A DNA stretch of 64,000 bases from Candidatus Latescibacterota bacterium (GCA_965217585.1 OZ244561.1:3712001-3776000), one strand, 5' to 3'. Counted from the first letter of the stretch, positions 52,871-62,913 are shown. The notes: generated by a model from the sequence alone, not told the origin. Program-made: numbers and translations.

Positions 52871-53848
52871 ATGAGACGAATGCTCGTTTTGAGCTTGGGT
52901 GCATTGCTGGCATTCAGTGCCGTGGCTTTCGCCCAGGTTTCGAACAGTGCCCTGCAAGACGGCACCGAGTACATGGCGTTGATAGGACTCAGTGGCAAGC
53001 ACGATGTGCCCTACACCGACAGCCCGCCTACCCTCGACGGAGAGCTGTCACCAGGGGAGTGGGAAAACTACTTCTTTGTGGAGTTCGGCCCCTCTACCCT
53101 AGCCATGTGGGGCGATCAGATCGGCTACAAGAGGAACGACCCGGGTCAGGTCGTGGCCGATGGCCTAGTGAGCCAGCTGATCGAACACGCCGGCGGGTCG
53201 GAAGATCCGGCTGAAGTCGCTACCGACGCGGATCTGTATACCTTCACTTGGCAGGCCTGGGACGAGGAATACCTCTACGTCGCCGTAGACGTGACTGATA
53301 ATATCTACGACGTGGTGGGTACCCAGGACGGGGGTTACTGGGAGCGCGACGGATTTTTCATGGAGATCGACTTTCTCAACTCCCTCGGAAACGGTGCAGA
53401 CGCGGGGCCGGGCATGACTGCGCTAGCGTTCTCAGCCATGCCCATAGACAGCCAGCGGTATTCCATTACGTCCTGGAATTTCGGCATGTTCAGCACCGGC
53501 GGATCCGAGAATTTCACCTTCTTCTACGGTGACGACCCGGATCTGTTCATGGGTACCTCCAGCGCTTTCAGCCTTACCGATGTGGGCTATATCCTCGAAA
53601 CCCGCTCGTCCTGGGCCCACATGACGCGGCTGGTCCCCGAGGGGTTTTCGATCTTCAGCGGGTGGAACTTCGGCAACAGCTACCACATCCTCGACCCGGA
53701 TGGGGGCGGTGGCTATGGCGGCCAGTTCCAGTACGGCCGCAACGGGGATCCTTCCGATACGGGTGGATTCGCCCGCTGGAACTTGGTGGGCGGTTCCGTT
53801 ACAGCTATCGAGGCCACCACCTGGGGAGCGCTGAAGGAAACGTTCTAG
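52871..53848 (+). CDS. Secreted CBM9/DOMON-like sugar-binding protein with C-terminal WGxxK tail
   Basis: GGAGGAGG RBS and signal peptide. PTLDGELSPGEW, WDEEYLYVAVDVTD, WERDG. Ends TAIEATTWGALKETF. Confidence 0.75.
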   Translation: MRRMLVLSLGALLAFSAVAFAQVSNSALQDGTEYMALIGLSGKHDVPYTDSPPTLDGELSPGEWENYFFVEFGPSTLAMWGDQIGYKRNDPGQVVADGLVSQLIEHAGGSEDPAEVATDADLYTFTWQAWDEEYLYVAVDVTDNIYDVVGTQDGGYWERDGFFMEIDFLNSLGNGADAGPGMTALAFSAMPIDSQRYSITSWNFGMFSTGGSENFTFFYGDDPDLFMGTSSAFSLTDVGYILETRSSWAHMTRLVPEGFSIFSGWNFGNSYHILDPDGGGGYGGQFQYGRNGDPSDTGGFARWNLVGGSVTAIEATTWGALKETF

Positions 53849-53906
53849 TTCTAGTAGGGTACTTAATTCTTTCGGAGATAAGGAAGGTCTCCGGTTTGAC
53901 AGGAGA

Positions 53907-53937
53907 GGTTGCCGGGGCCGGTTGGGTCCCGGCAACC
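53907..53937 (+). other. Strong intergenic hairpin (mRNA stabiliser or weak terminator)
   Basis: GGTTGCCGGGGCC-ggttg-GGTCCCGGCAACC with no clear U-tract. Confidence 0.6.
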
Positions 53938-53970
53938 CGGAGATTTCGACGGGTTTAAAGAGGTTTAAGC

Positions 53971-55269
53971 ATGAGAGAAAAATTCGGGGTACTGCCTTCG
54001 TACTACCGGGAATTCGCCATCGGGATTGCGCTGTCCTTGGGGCTGCACTTGGGGGTTATGGGGCTTTACAGCCTGCTGCAGGAAAAGGTCGAGGAGGTGA
54101 TTCAGCGCATCACCTTTGAAAAGCCCCCGCCGCCCGGTTTCTTTGTAAAACCCCCGACTGCAACCACAAAGGTCCTGGAATTTCGCAAAGTGCCCGTGCC
54201 CCAGGGTCACTTTCTGCGCCAGAGGACGCAGACCACCACGCAGACGAGGGTGGAACAGGTGCAGGCCTTAGCCGCGCTGCGGACCGATGCAGTGGTGGAG
54301 CAACTAGAGGTGGCGGAGGTGACGCCGGCGGTGATGCGGCACCAGGGACGCTTGGGGGTGCGCGGGGATGTCGGGGCCGTGGCCAGAGGTATGGTGGGGC
54401 TGGGCCTTCCCGAACCAGCGCTGCAGGTGGCCGCGGTACAGGGGGTGAAAGAGGCGCGACACCAGGTGGACATGCAGCTAGACATGCTGAGCGTGAAGCA
54501 CCTAGATACCGGCCAGTACCAGGCCATGGTCATCCAAGATCCCAACCAGCGCCGCAAGGTGAAAGGGTTCCTGCACATTGCCCAGGCATACAGCGTGCAC
54601 TATACCCTCACCAACCACACGGATGTGACTTTGCCGCAATTGGACGTGCTCATCAAAACCCTGAAGGAGTACACCGGTATTGAAGCCGATTATGTAGGAT
54701 CTATTCCCCTGGCCGATCCGCAACTTTTGCAGATTCCCTGGTTGCTCCTGACCAAAGTATCCAGTCGCGACATAGGTGATGTAGAACTAGAAAACTTGGG
54801 GCGCTATCTGGCCGGCGGTGGGTTCGTCCTGAGTACCCTTTCCGCCAACAGCGGCTCGAATGCAGTGCTCAAGCGCAAGACGGGTATTTTCGATATTTTG
54901 CGTCGGGCCATGAAAACACAGGCCCTGAACGAGGGAGCGGACTGGCGCTTTGTGGTTCTCGAATCGGACCATCCGATCTACCACTCCTTCTTCGATTTCG
55001 ACACCTCGGTACGCGCCAATCAGATGAGTCAGCATTCGGAAGCCAATCCCCTGCCCAAAGATCTGGGACTCGAGATCGGAGAGCGCCTAGCGGTTTTTCT
55101 CAACTCCGGTCCCCAGGTAGAAGGTGGAAGGGGCAGTCTCGGAGAACAAAGTACCCATCAGGTGAAAGCCGATGCCACGCGGGCATTGCAATTCACGCTC
55201 AACACCATTGTATTCGCGCTCACTCAGGAGGGCTCAGTGACCCAGCAACTCATGACTGGTGTGCGATAA
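53971..55269 (+). CDS. DUF4159-like protein with TonB/TolA-type N-terminal anchor
   Basis: TM containing SLGLH, Pro-rich stretch KPPPP, C-terminal NLGRYLAGGGFV and DHPIYHSFFDF typical of DUF4159. Confidence 0.7.
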   Translation: MREKFGVLPSYYREFAIGIALSLGLHLGVMGLYSLLQEKVEEVIQRITFEKPPPPGFFVKPPTATTKVLEFRKVPVPQGHFLRQRTQTTTQTRVEQVQALAALRTDAVVEQLEVAEVTPAVMRHQGRLGVRGDVGAVARGMVGLGLPEPALQVAAVQGVKEARHQVDMQLDMLSVKHLDTGQYQAMVIQDPNQRRKVKGFLHIAQAYSVHYTLTNHTDVTLPQLDVLIKTLKEYTGIEADYVGSIPLADPQLLQIPWLLLTKVSSRDIGDVELENLGRYLAGGGFVLSTLSANSGSNAVLKRKTGIFDILRRAMKTQALNEGADWRFVVLESDHPIYHSFFDFDTSVRANQMSQHSEANPLPKDLGLEIGERLAVFLNSGPQVEGGRGSLGEQSTHQVKADATRALQFTLNTIVFALTQEGSVTQQLMTGVR

Positions 55270-55325
55270 GAGAGGGAAGGTATAAAAGTCACCTGCTGCG
55301 CAGTTCAGATGCGAATGGCTCAAGG

Positions 55326-57302
55326 ATGGAAAAGGGGATTACACTGCGGGCCCTGATTGCGGGGGTCTTCATGGCTGCTGCCATCGGGGCTGGAGCCGCC
55401 TATGAAAACCTGATGATCTCCGGCTCCACCATGAATTTCGATTACAGCATGGGCGCGGCCATTTTCTTTTTTGCGCTGTTCGTGCTGCTGGTCAACCCGG
55501 CACTGAGGCGCGTCCATCCGTCCTGGTCTTTCAGCCGCAGTGAACTGGCGACCCTGTACATCATGGCCATGGTGGCCTGCGTGCTGCCCACCAATGGCTT
55601 GGTCGGATTGTTGATTCCGGCTATTTCGGGAGGAAGCTATTACGCGACCCCGGAGAACAACTGGCTCGAATACATAATACCCAATATCGAGCCGGGATTA
55701 CTGGTCGTGGATTCGCAGGGCATCAAGGGATTCTACGAAGGCCTGTCCGAAGGCGAATCAATCCCGTGGGGTTTGTGGTTCCAGCCTTTGCTCTACTGGT
55801 CGATGCTGCTAGTGGGTTTCTTCGGCACCGTGATCGCGCTGATGCTTCTGCTACGCCGCCAGTGGGTGGTCAACGAACGCCTGCTCTATCCACTGGTACA
55901 GGTGCCCATCGCCATGATCGGCGAGGAAAGCGGGGTCCGGATTGGAAGCACGCCCTTGTTCAGGCGGTGGATGTTCTGGGGGGGCGTGATGATTCCGGTT
56001 TTGATGTACAGTCTAAAAGCGCTGCACAACTACTACCCGGCCGTCCCGATTGGGTTGCCGACATTCATACACGTGGGTTTTGCCAACGATGCCGTGGTGA
56101 TACCCTTCGGGATCAATTACGCCGGTATTGGTTTCGGTTATTTGCTGACCACCAAGCTGAGTTTTTCGATATGGGTGATAGCCTTGATGACCATAATCGA
56201 AGAAGTCGTTTTGATGCGGATTGGACTGTTCAGCAGCGAGCGCTTGATATACAACACCAGCCCGGCCGTTTATCCGGCCTACCAAGGGGTGGGTGCCTTG
56301 CTGGTGTTTTCCCTTTTTGTGATCTGGATGGCTCGGTCTCATCTGCGCGAGGTGTTCTACGTGGCCTGGAAGGGAAAAAGAAGAGAGAGCGTGGAAGAGT
56401 CCGGTAACAGTGAATATGGGAGGAAAAGGGAGGATGAGATTCTCTCCTATCGTTCCACCTGTGTGTTACTGCTGCTGAGCCTGATGTTGATGACCGGCTG
56501 GCTGGTGGGCGTCGGGTTGAGTTGGTGGGCGGCCATCCTCTTTATCGTGATATTCTTCTTGATGATGCTCGGAATCACCCGCATCGTGGTAGAGGGAGGG
56601 CTGGCCGTAAGCCGGATTCCAATCATTCCGAGCGATGTTGTGGTGGGTGTGGTCGGGAGTGGCAACCTCGGAGCGGCCAACCTCGGGGTCCTAGGGTTGA
56701 CCTTTCCATGGGCGGGCGAGATGCGCACCTCGGTGATGGCGGCTCTGGCACACGGTTTGAAGCTGGTGGAAATTCACGTCAAGAAGCAGCGCCAGCGCCT
56801 GATCCTGGCCGTGGTTCTGGCCATCGGTATATCCATCGGCTGCGCTGCCTTTACCATGCTGCTCCTGGGATATAGCTACGGGGCGATCAACCTGAGCGCG
56901 CACTGGTTTTTCGGCAGCACGGCCGGAGGGCGGGTCTTTGATTTTATCGCCTACCACCTCGCCCAGGACAGCGGGCCCCGGTGGGATAGCCTAAGCTTTG
57001 TCGGAATAGGCGCAGTAATTCAGTTGTTGTTGATGCTGGCCCACCAGCGCCTGACTTGGTGGCCGCTGCACCCGCTGAGTTTTCCGATCGGGGCTATCTG
57101 GTGTACCCATCAGGTGATGGCCAGCATGTTGATCGCCTGGGTGGCAAAGACGACGGCTCTGCACTACGGGGGGGGGCGGCTCTACAATACCACCAAACCA
57201 CTTTTCTTGGGTTTGATTCTCGGACAGTACCTCACTGGAGGACTCTGGCTCATAATCGATGGATTCACGGGTAAACAGGCGAATTACCTGTTCTTCTGGT
57301 GA
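55326..57302 (+). CDS. DUF6785/DUF6784-like multi-pass membrane protein (putative OPT-like transporter)
   Basis: YYATPENNW, LRRQWVVNERLLYPL, WWPLHPL, YGG. Paralog of 34136..36088. Confidence 0.75.
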   Translation: MEKGITLRALIAGVFMAAAIGAGAAYENLMISGSTMNFDYSMGAAIFFFALFVLLVNPALRRVHPSWSFSRSELATLYIMAMVACVLPTNGLVGLLIPAISGGSYYATPENNWLEYIIPNIEPGLLVVDSQGIKGFYEGLSEGESIPWGLWFQPLLYWSMLLVGFFGTVIALMLLLRRQWVVNERLLYPLVQVPIAMIGEESGVRIGSTPLFRRWMFWGGVMIPVLMYSLKALHNYYPAVPIGLPTFIHVGFANDAVVIPFGINYAGIGFGYLLTTKLSFSIWVIALMTIIEEVVLMRIGLFSSERLIYNTSPAVYPAYQGVGALLVFSLFVIWMARSHLREVFYVAWKGKRRESVEESGNSEYGRKREDEILSYRSTCVLLLLSLMLMTGWLVGVGLSWWAAILFIVIFFLMMLGITRIVVEGGLAVSRIPIIPSDVVVGVVGSGNLGAANLGVLGLTFPWAGEMRTSVMAALAHGLKLVEIHVKKQRQRLILAVVLAIGISIGCAAFTMLLLGYSYGAINLSAHWFFGSTAGGRVFDFIAYHLAQDSGPRWDSLSFVGIGAVIQLLLMLAHQRLTWWPLHPLSFPIGAIWCTHQVMASMLIAWVAKTTALHYGGGRLYNTTKPLFLGLILGQYLTGGLWLIIDGFTGKQANYLFFW

Positions 57303-57366
57303 GCCGGGCATGATACGGGGTAGGGAAACTCGCCATTTTCTCGCGCTAGCATAGGAGGATGCCTGT

Positions 57367-58053
57367 ATGGAATTTACGCTTTTGGGACTGTGGCAATCCA
57401 TGGGGCTGGCTGCAAAAACAGTGGTTGTAATTCTGGCGTTCCTGTCGGTTTACTCCATCGCCATCATGCTGGAGCGCGGCTTCTTGCTGCGCCGGACCCG
57501 GCAGCAATCCGGTGCCTTTGCCGAGTTGGTGGATACAGCGGAACGGCTAAGCATCGACGAGGTCATGGCCTTGGCCAGCGATCCGGAGCGCGGCAAGAAT
57601 TGCTATCTGGGCCAGGTAGTGCTCGAAGCTTTGCAGGAGTCCAAGTTGCTCCTGGACCAGGGCCATGATGCGGCCGCGGTCCTAGAAACCGCCCAGGCCG
57701 CCGTGACCCGCTCCATCACCATGACCGTGGCCATTCTGCGCAAGCGGCTGGTGCAACTGGCCAGCACCGCCTCTGGAGCGCCCTTCTTGGGTCTGTTCGG
57801 CACGGTTCTGGGCCTGATCCGCGCCTTCCAGACCATCGCCACCACCGGCTCGGGGGGAATCACTTCGGTCTCCGCCGGTATTGCCGAAGCCCTGATTACC
57901 ACCCTAGTAGGCCTGTTCGTAGCCATTCCCGCCCTGTGGGCGCACAATCTCATCGCCGACCGCATCGATACCCTGGTAGTGGAACTGGACAGTACGGCAA
58001 CGCGGGTGGTGGAGCGGTTGCTGAGACAAGAATTGAGCGAGCGGAACGGCTGA
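57367..58053 (+). CDS. MotA/TolQ/ExbB proton channel protein
   Basis: APFLGLFGTVLGLI and GIAEALITT..GLFVAIPA. Confidence 0.92.
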   Translation: MEFTLLGLWQSMGLAAKTVVVILAFLSVYSIAIMLERGFLLRRTRQQSGAFAELVDTAERLSIDEVMALASDPERGKNCYLGQVVLEALQESKLLLDQGHDAAAVLETAQAAVTRSITMTVAILRKRLVQLASTASGAPFLGLFGTVLGLIRAFQTIATTGSGGITSVSAGIAEALITTLVGLFVAIPALWAHNLIADRIDTLVVELDSTATRVVERLLRQELSERNG

Positions 58054-58066
58054 AAGGAGATATGCG

Positions 58067-58480
58067 ATGGCCTATCGGCCCGACTGGAACCGGCGCGGTG
58101 CCGGCATAGATATGACGCCTCTAGTGAACGTGGCCCTCATCCTGTTGATCGTCTTCATGGTGGTGACACCCATGATCCGCCAGGGCATCCAAGTGAACCT
58201 GCCGCCGGCCGAGCACGGCAGGGACTCGTCGCGCGCCAAGGAGAACCAGGTGGTGGTGTCCATCCGCGCCAACGGGGAGTTGTTCGTGGATCTGAAAAGG
58301 GTTTCCAAGCAGAATCTGGAGCGGGCCCTAGCGCAGGTGTATCGCGGCAAGGAAGAGATGCCGATCGTCATCAAAGGCGACAAGATCCTGGACTATGGCG
58401 ACGTGCTCGATGTGATGCACGCCTGTCGCAAGATCGGGGCCGCGGGCGTGGATCTGATGGCGATGAAACCCGGAGGTTAG
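58067..58480 (+). CDS. ExbD/TolR family protein (Asn in place of conserved TM Asp)
   Basis: IDMTPLVNVALILLIVFMVVTP, VNLP, IKGDK..YGDV. Confidence 0.88.
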   Translation: MAYRPDWNRRGAGIDMTPLVNVALILLIVFMVVTPMIRQGIQVNLPPAEHGRDSSRAKENQVVVSIRANGELFVDLKRVSKQNLERALAQVYRGKEEMPIVIKGDKILDYGDVLDVMHACRKIGAAGVDLMAMKPGG

Positions 58481-58516
58481 CTCCTCCAGCAGGAGCTATA
58501 AAAAAAGGACATCACT

Positions 58517-58921
58517 ATGGCGGTAAATCCCTGGGCAAAGAGCAGCAAGTTCAGTTCGGATATCAACGTCACTCCCCTAGCCGATGTCACGCTGTCCCTG
58601 CTGATCCTTTTTCTGGTGATCACCCCGCTCATCCTCTATTCCTTCACCGCCGATCTGCCGCGGGCAGATCGCGGGGGAGTGGCCGGTCAAGTCGAGCAGG
58701 AGGTGGTGGTAAAGGTCACGGATGACAATGTGATTCAACTCAATGGCAAAGAGATGTCGGAGGAGGAGTTCGCCGAGGGTTTGCTGGAATTGTTTCCCGC
58801 GGAAACCTCCCGGGAGCGCAAGGTGATCTTCGACGGCGGCAGGAAGGCGCGCTACGAGAAGGTGATCCGCGTGATGGACATCCTCAGAAAACAGGGCATT
58901 GAGGCGGTCGGGGTGCGGTAG
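58517..58921 (+). CDS. ExbD/TolR family protein
   Basis: INVTPLADVTLSLLILFLVITP, DLP, YEKVIRVMD. Confidence 0.9.
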   Translation: MAVNPWAKSSKFSSDINVTPLADVTLSLLILFLVITPLILYSFTADLPRADRGGVAGQVEQEVVVKVTDDNVIQLNGKEMSEEEFAEGLLELFPAETSRERKVIFDGGRKARYEKVIRVMDILRKQGIEAVGVR

Positions 58922-58934
58922 AAGGTAGAGCGCA

Positions 58935-60563
58935 ATGAGATTCACCGGAGCGGTCGTGCTGGGATGTGGGCTCGTCGCGGTCACCCTAGGTGCCTGCGGT
59001 GAGCCCGGGGAGCGCATCGTGGTCGAAGTCGGTGGGCGCGGGACCACGGTGAGAGAATTCGATGCCCTAGCGGCCAGACTGCAGGAGGAATACCAGGGCA
59101 GCGAAAGAGACCGGACGGCGTTCCGCAAGCAGGTCCTGGACATGGTGGTGGCGCGCCAGCTCCTGCTTTTAGAGGGGGAGGCGCGCGGCCTGGATCAGGA
59201 TGCAGAGGTGCAGGCCGAACTGGAGCGCTACGAACGGGAATTGTTGATTCAGGCGATGTACGATCGGCAGATCTACCGGGACATCGAGCCGATCCGGGAG
59301 GAAATCGAGGCCCTCTACCGCGAGCGCGGGGCGGGCGAACAAGTGCGGGCGAGTCACATCCTCTGTGCTACCCAGGAGGAAGCCGAAAAGGTGCTGGAGG
59401 AACTCGGGCAGGGCACGGCTTTTGAGGAACTGGCCAGAAAGGTGTCCATTCACCGGATGAGCGCGCCGGGGGGGGGGGACATGGGGTATATGAGAAAAGA
59501 AGAACTCCTGCCGCAGCTGCGGGAAGCGGTGTGGAATGCCCGACCCGGGGAACTCCTGCCGCGGCCTTTCAAGACCAGACTCGGCTATCACGTGGTCAAG
59601 GTGGTGGACCACACAACCCGTTCCCTCGAGGAACTGGAAAAACACCTGATGGGGGAAATCGCGCACAGCAAGCGGGATTCGAGCAAACGGGCCTTTGCGG
59701 CTGCGCTGAGGGCGCGCTACAGATTCCGCTGGCACGGGGCTGTGGCGCAGGGGCTAGTCGCAGGTGAGATCAGTGCGTCCCAGACGCCGGAGCGCCTTAT
59801 CGCGGAGTGGTCGGGGGGCGGTATGACGGTCGAGGACTACATCCAGCGGATCCAGCGCTACAGCGTCCGGCGGACCCTCGAGGATACGGTCGTAGCGCGC
59901 CAGAGGGGTGAGGAGGTGGTGTTAGACGATCTCCTAGTGGCCGAAGCTCGCGGGCAAAACTACGACAAAATTCCGACCATCGTGCACGCTGTGGAGGGGA
60001 AGAAAACCGCACTGCTGGCCGAGAGGCTGTTCGAGATTGAGGTGGGGAGCCGGGCGACGGTCAGTCGGGACTCCCTGAAGAGATTCCACCAGAAGCACCG
60101 GCAGAACTACAGGCACCATCCCGAAATCTACATCCAGGAAATCCTAGTGGACGACCAGGCTCTGGCGGATTCGCTGCGGCATCTCCTCCTAGGTGGGGCC
60201 GATATGGATTCTCTTGCCCGCCAGTACACCCAGCGGCGGTGGGCGCGCGCCAGAGGGGGTCATTTCGGTCCCCTGACAGGTAGCTCGCTGGGGTACCGGC
60301 CGATCTTGTCCAGGGCCCTCAGGGCCGCAATCGGGGTGCTCCAGGGACCGCTGCGGGCCAGTGGCGGGTACTCCCTGTTCCGGGTGACGAAGCGGGAAGA
60401 AGTCGGAGAGAGCCGTTTCGAAGAGGCCGAGGAACGGGTGCGCCAGGACCTGCGGGAACGCAGCATGGATCGTTTTATCCAGGCGCTCAGACAGCGTTAT
60501 GCGGCTCGCATACACATAGATCAGGAGGTACTGGCGGCGACGCTGGGGGGCATGGATGAATGA
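58935..60563 (+). CDS. Parvulin/SurA-PrsA-type peptidyl-prolyl isomerase lipoprotein
   Basis: Lipobox LGAC. VRASHIL, FEELARKVS, GGDMGY, GYHVVKV. Confidence 0.88.
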   Translation: MRFTGAVVLGCGLVAVTLGACGEPGERIVVEVGGRGTTVREFDALAARLQEEYQGSERDRTAFRKQVLDMVVARQLLLLEGEARGLDQDAEVQAELERYERELLIQAMYDRQIYRDIEPIREEIEALYRERGAGEQVRASHILCATQEEAEKVLEELGQGTAFEELARKVSIHRMSAPGGGDMGYMRKEELLPQLREAVWNARPGELLPRPFKTRLGYHVVKVVDHTTRSLEELEKHLMGEIAHSKRDSSKRAFAAALRARYRFRWHGAVAQGLVAGEISASQTPERLIAEWSGGGMTVEDYIQRIQRYSVRRTLEDTVVARQRGEEVVLDDLLVAEARGQNYDKIPTIVHAVEGKKTALLAERLFEIEVGSRATVSRDSLKRFHQKHRQNYRHHPEIYIQEILVDDQALADSLRHLLLGGADMDSLARQYTQRRWARARGGHFGPLTGSSLGYRPILSRALRAAIGVLQGPLRASGGYSLFRVTKREEVGESRFEEAEERVRQDLRERSMDRFIQALRQRYAARIHIDQEVLAATLGGMDE

Positions 60564-60635
60564 AGAGACCGGGAGGAACTGGTTGGCCTCCACGGGAAGC
60601 CGGCCGGCATCGCAGCTCGGCGAAAGGAACCCGAT

Positions 60636-62840
60636 ATGAAAAAAGCACAAATACGTAAACACAATGGTACCCCGACCTTGTTCATGGACGATCGGCCCAC
60701 CTTCTGCGCCTACTTGTGGGAACGCGGACCGAGTGCAGAGGGATACGAGCAGGAGGCCACGGCTAGAGCCTATGCTCGGGCCGGGATCCACTTTCACGCC
60801 TTTGATGTGGGTACCGTCGGGGTTGCACCGGAGTGGTGCGGGCCGCGGCAAGGCAATGATAGCCACTACGACTTCTCCACCTTGAAAGCCCGCTTTGAGC
60901 GCGTGCTCGAGGCCGATCCGCAGGCCCATTTCCACCTGCGCATCCACCTGAGGATGCAGGAGTGGTGGCTGAAACTTTACCCGGAAGAGCGCGAAATTCC
61001 CTCGGTGGGAGAAGGGCAGTTGCCAGTGACCCAGTCTTTTGCCTCCCAGGTCTGGCACCGGCAGGCCAAGGACTTTCTGCGAGCGTATGTGGAGGCCTTC
61101 AGGGAGGCAGGTCTGGAGGATCGCGTCTTTGCCTACCAAGTGGGTGCGGGCAATACCAGTGAATGGGTAAAAGGCGACCTGTCCATGGACTCGGTTTGCG
61201 GCGATTACAGCGCCCCCATGCGCCGGCATTTCCAGGCCTGGCTGCGCCGCGAGTACGGCGAAGACACCGCAGCTTTGCGGCAAGCCTGGGCCGACCCGGC
61301 AGTCGACTTCGATACGGCCGTGGTGCCCGCTGCCGAAGCTCAACTGCGGACCTTGCACTTCACTTTCCGGGATCCGCGCCGCGAACAGCAAGTGATCGAC
61401 TACTTCCGCTGCTTGGCCGATTTGTGCGGCGACTTGGTGGTGGACTTCTGTCGGACGGTCAAGCAAGCCACCGGAGGCCGGGCCTTGGCGGGGGCGTTTT
61501 TCGGCTACCTGATGGAGCTGGCCTGGAACAAGAGTTTCTTCAGCGCGGGCACCGAGAGCGAGTACTCCACCTACCAGCGCAGCGGCCATCTGGGCCTGCG
61601 CCGACTGTTGCGCTCGGAGTGGGTCGATTTTGTGGTCAGCCCGTACAGCTACGGCTTTCGCGCCGTGGGCGGGGAGGGTGTGGGCATGCCGCCCATCGAC
61701 TCGCTGCGCCACCACGGCAAGCTCTACATCTTCGAAGAAGATACCCGCACCCACCTGGCGGAGGAAACCCACGAATACGGTCGCTCCTATTCGCTCGCGG
61801 ACGCCACGGCCGTTCTGCAGCGCAACTTCGCCCAGATCGCTACCCGTGGACAGGCGGTGTGGTGGCACAGTCAGGTCGATCCCACCCGCGACCCGGCCCT
61901 GCAGCCGCTGCTGGCGCGCTTTCAGGAGCTGGGCGAGTTTGCCCTGCAACTGGATCGCAGTCCCAGCGCCGAGATCGCCGTCGTTGTGGATGACGAGAGC
62001 TTCTTGTACGAATCCGTGCGCAACGACCTGGACTTGCCGCTGATCTTCCAGCAGCGGCTGTGGGGGCTGCCGCGTCTGGGGGCACCCTTTGACACCTATC
62101 TGCTCGAAGATCTGTGCGAGGGCGCCCTGCCGGCGTACAAACTCTATATCTTTCTCAACGCTTTCAGGCTGGACCGGGCGCGGCGCGAGGCCCTAACGCG
62201 CGTGCTGCGGCGCAACGGCCAAGTGGCCGTGTGGCTCTACGCGCCGGGCTACATCGAAGACGAGCCATCCCTGGACCACATGCTGGATCTGACGGGCCTT
62301 TGCTTTGGCAAGGGCGAGCACCCTTGGGGGCCGCTGATGCACATCATCGACTTCGATCACCCGATCACGCAGGACCTATCCCAGGATCTGTTCTGGGGCA
62401 CCAACAGCATTCTGGGGCCGGTTTTCCATCTCGAAGATCCCGATGCGAGGATACTGGGCCAGGTGGTCTACTCGGAGGGACGCTGCCGGCCGGGGCTGGG
62501 GGTCAAGGTCTTCCCGGAGTGGAGTTCTATCTACGTTGCCGCGCCCAATATCCCAGCGCCGGTCCTGCGCGGCCTAGCTCGTTTTGCCGGGGTCCATCTC
62601 TACAGCGAAGCGGGCGATGTCCTCTACGCCACCCCCGAACTGCTGAGCGTGCACACCGTGGCAGGGGGGCCGCGGAGCTTTTCCCTGCCACGGAAGGTGG
62701 AAAGGGTCTACGATCTATTCAACCAGGTCGAACTGGGGCGCGATGTGGAACGCATCGACACCGTGCTGCCACCCCGATCGACCACGCTTTACTACACGGG
62801 GGATGCCGAGATCTTAGCCGGCCTGACCACTGCGGCCTGA
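60636..62840 (+). CDS. GH42-like (beta-galactosidase-like) glycoside hydrolase, cytoplasmic
   Basis: TIM-barrel motifs GNTSEW, DYS...FQAWL..EYG, SPYSY, EEDTRTH, followed by a trimerisation-like domain. No signal peptide. Confidence 0.65.
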   Translation: MKKAQIRKHNGTPTLFMDDRPTFCAYLWERGPSAEGYEQEATARAYARAGIHFHAFDVGTVGVAPEWCGPRQGNDSHYDFSTLKARFERVLEADPQAHFHLRIHLRMQEWWLKLYPEEREIPSVGEGQLPVTQSFASQVWHRQAKDFLRAYVEAFREAGLEDRVFAYQVGAGNTSEWVKGDLSMDSVCGDYSAPMRRHFQAWLRREYGEDTAALRQAWADPAVDFDTAVVPAAEAQLRTLHFTFRDPRREQQVIDYFRCLADLCGDLVVDFCRTVKQATGGRALAGAFFGYLMELAWNKSFFSAGTESEYSTYQRSGHLGLRRLLRSEWVDFVVSPYSYGFRAVGGEGVGMPPIDSLRHHGKLYIFEEDTRTHLAEETHEYGRSYSLADATAVLQRNFAQIATRGQAVWWHSQVDPTRDPALQPLLARFQELGEFALQLDRSPSAEIAVVVDDESFLYESVRNDLDLPLIFQQRLWGLPRLGAPFDTYLLEDLCEGALPAYKLYIFLNAFRLDRARREALTRVLRRNGQVAVWLYAPGYIEDEPSLDHMLDLTGLCFGKGEHPWGPLMHIIDFDHPITQDLSQDLFWGTNSILGPVFHLEDPDARILGQVVYSEGRCRPGLGVKVFPEWSSIYVAAPNIPAPVLRGLARFAGVHLYSEAGDVLYATPELLSVHTVAGGPRSFSLPRKVERVYDLFNQVELGRDVERIDTVLPPRSTTLYYTGDAEILAGLTTAA

Positions 62841-62913
62841 ATGCGCCCGGAGTGCCGACGGATCTGGTAGAGCGGGCACCAAACCGCTCGTATCTCAGAG
62901 GAAGGGCTTTTGC

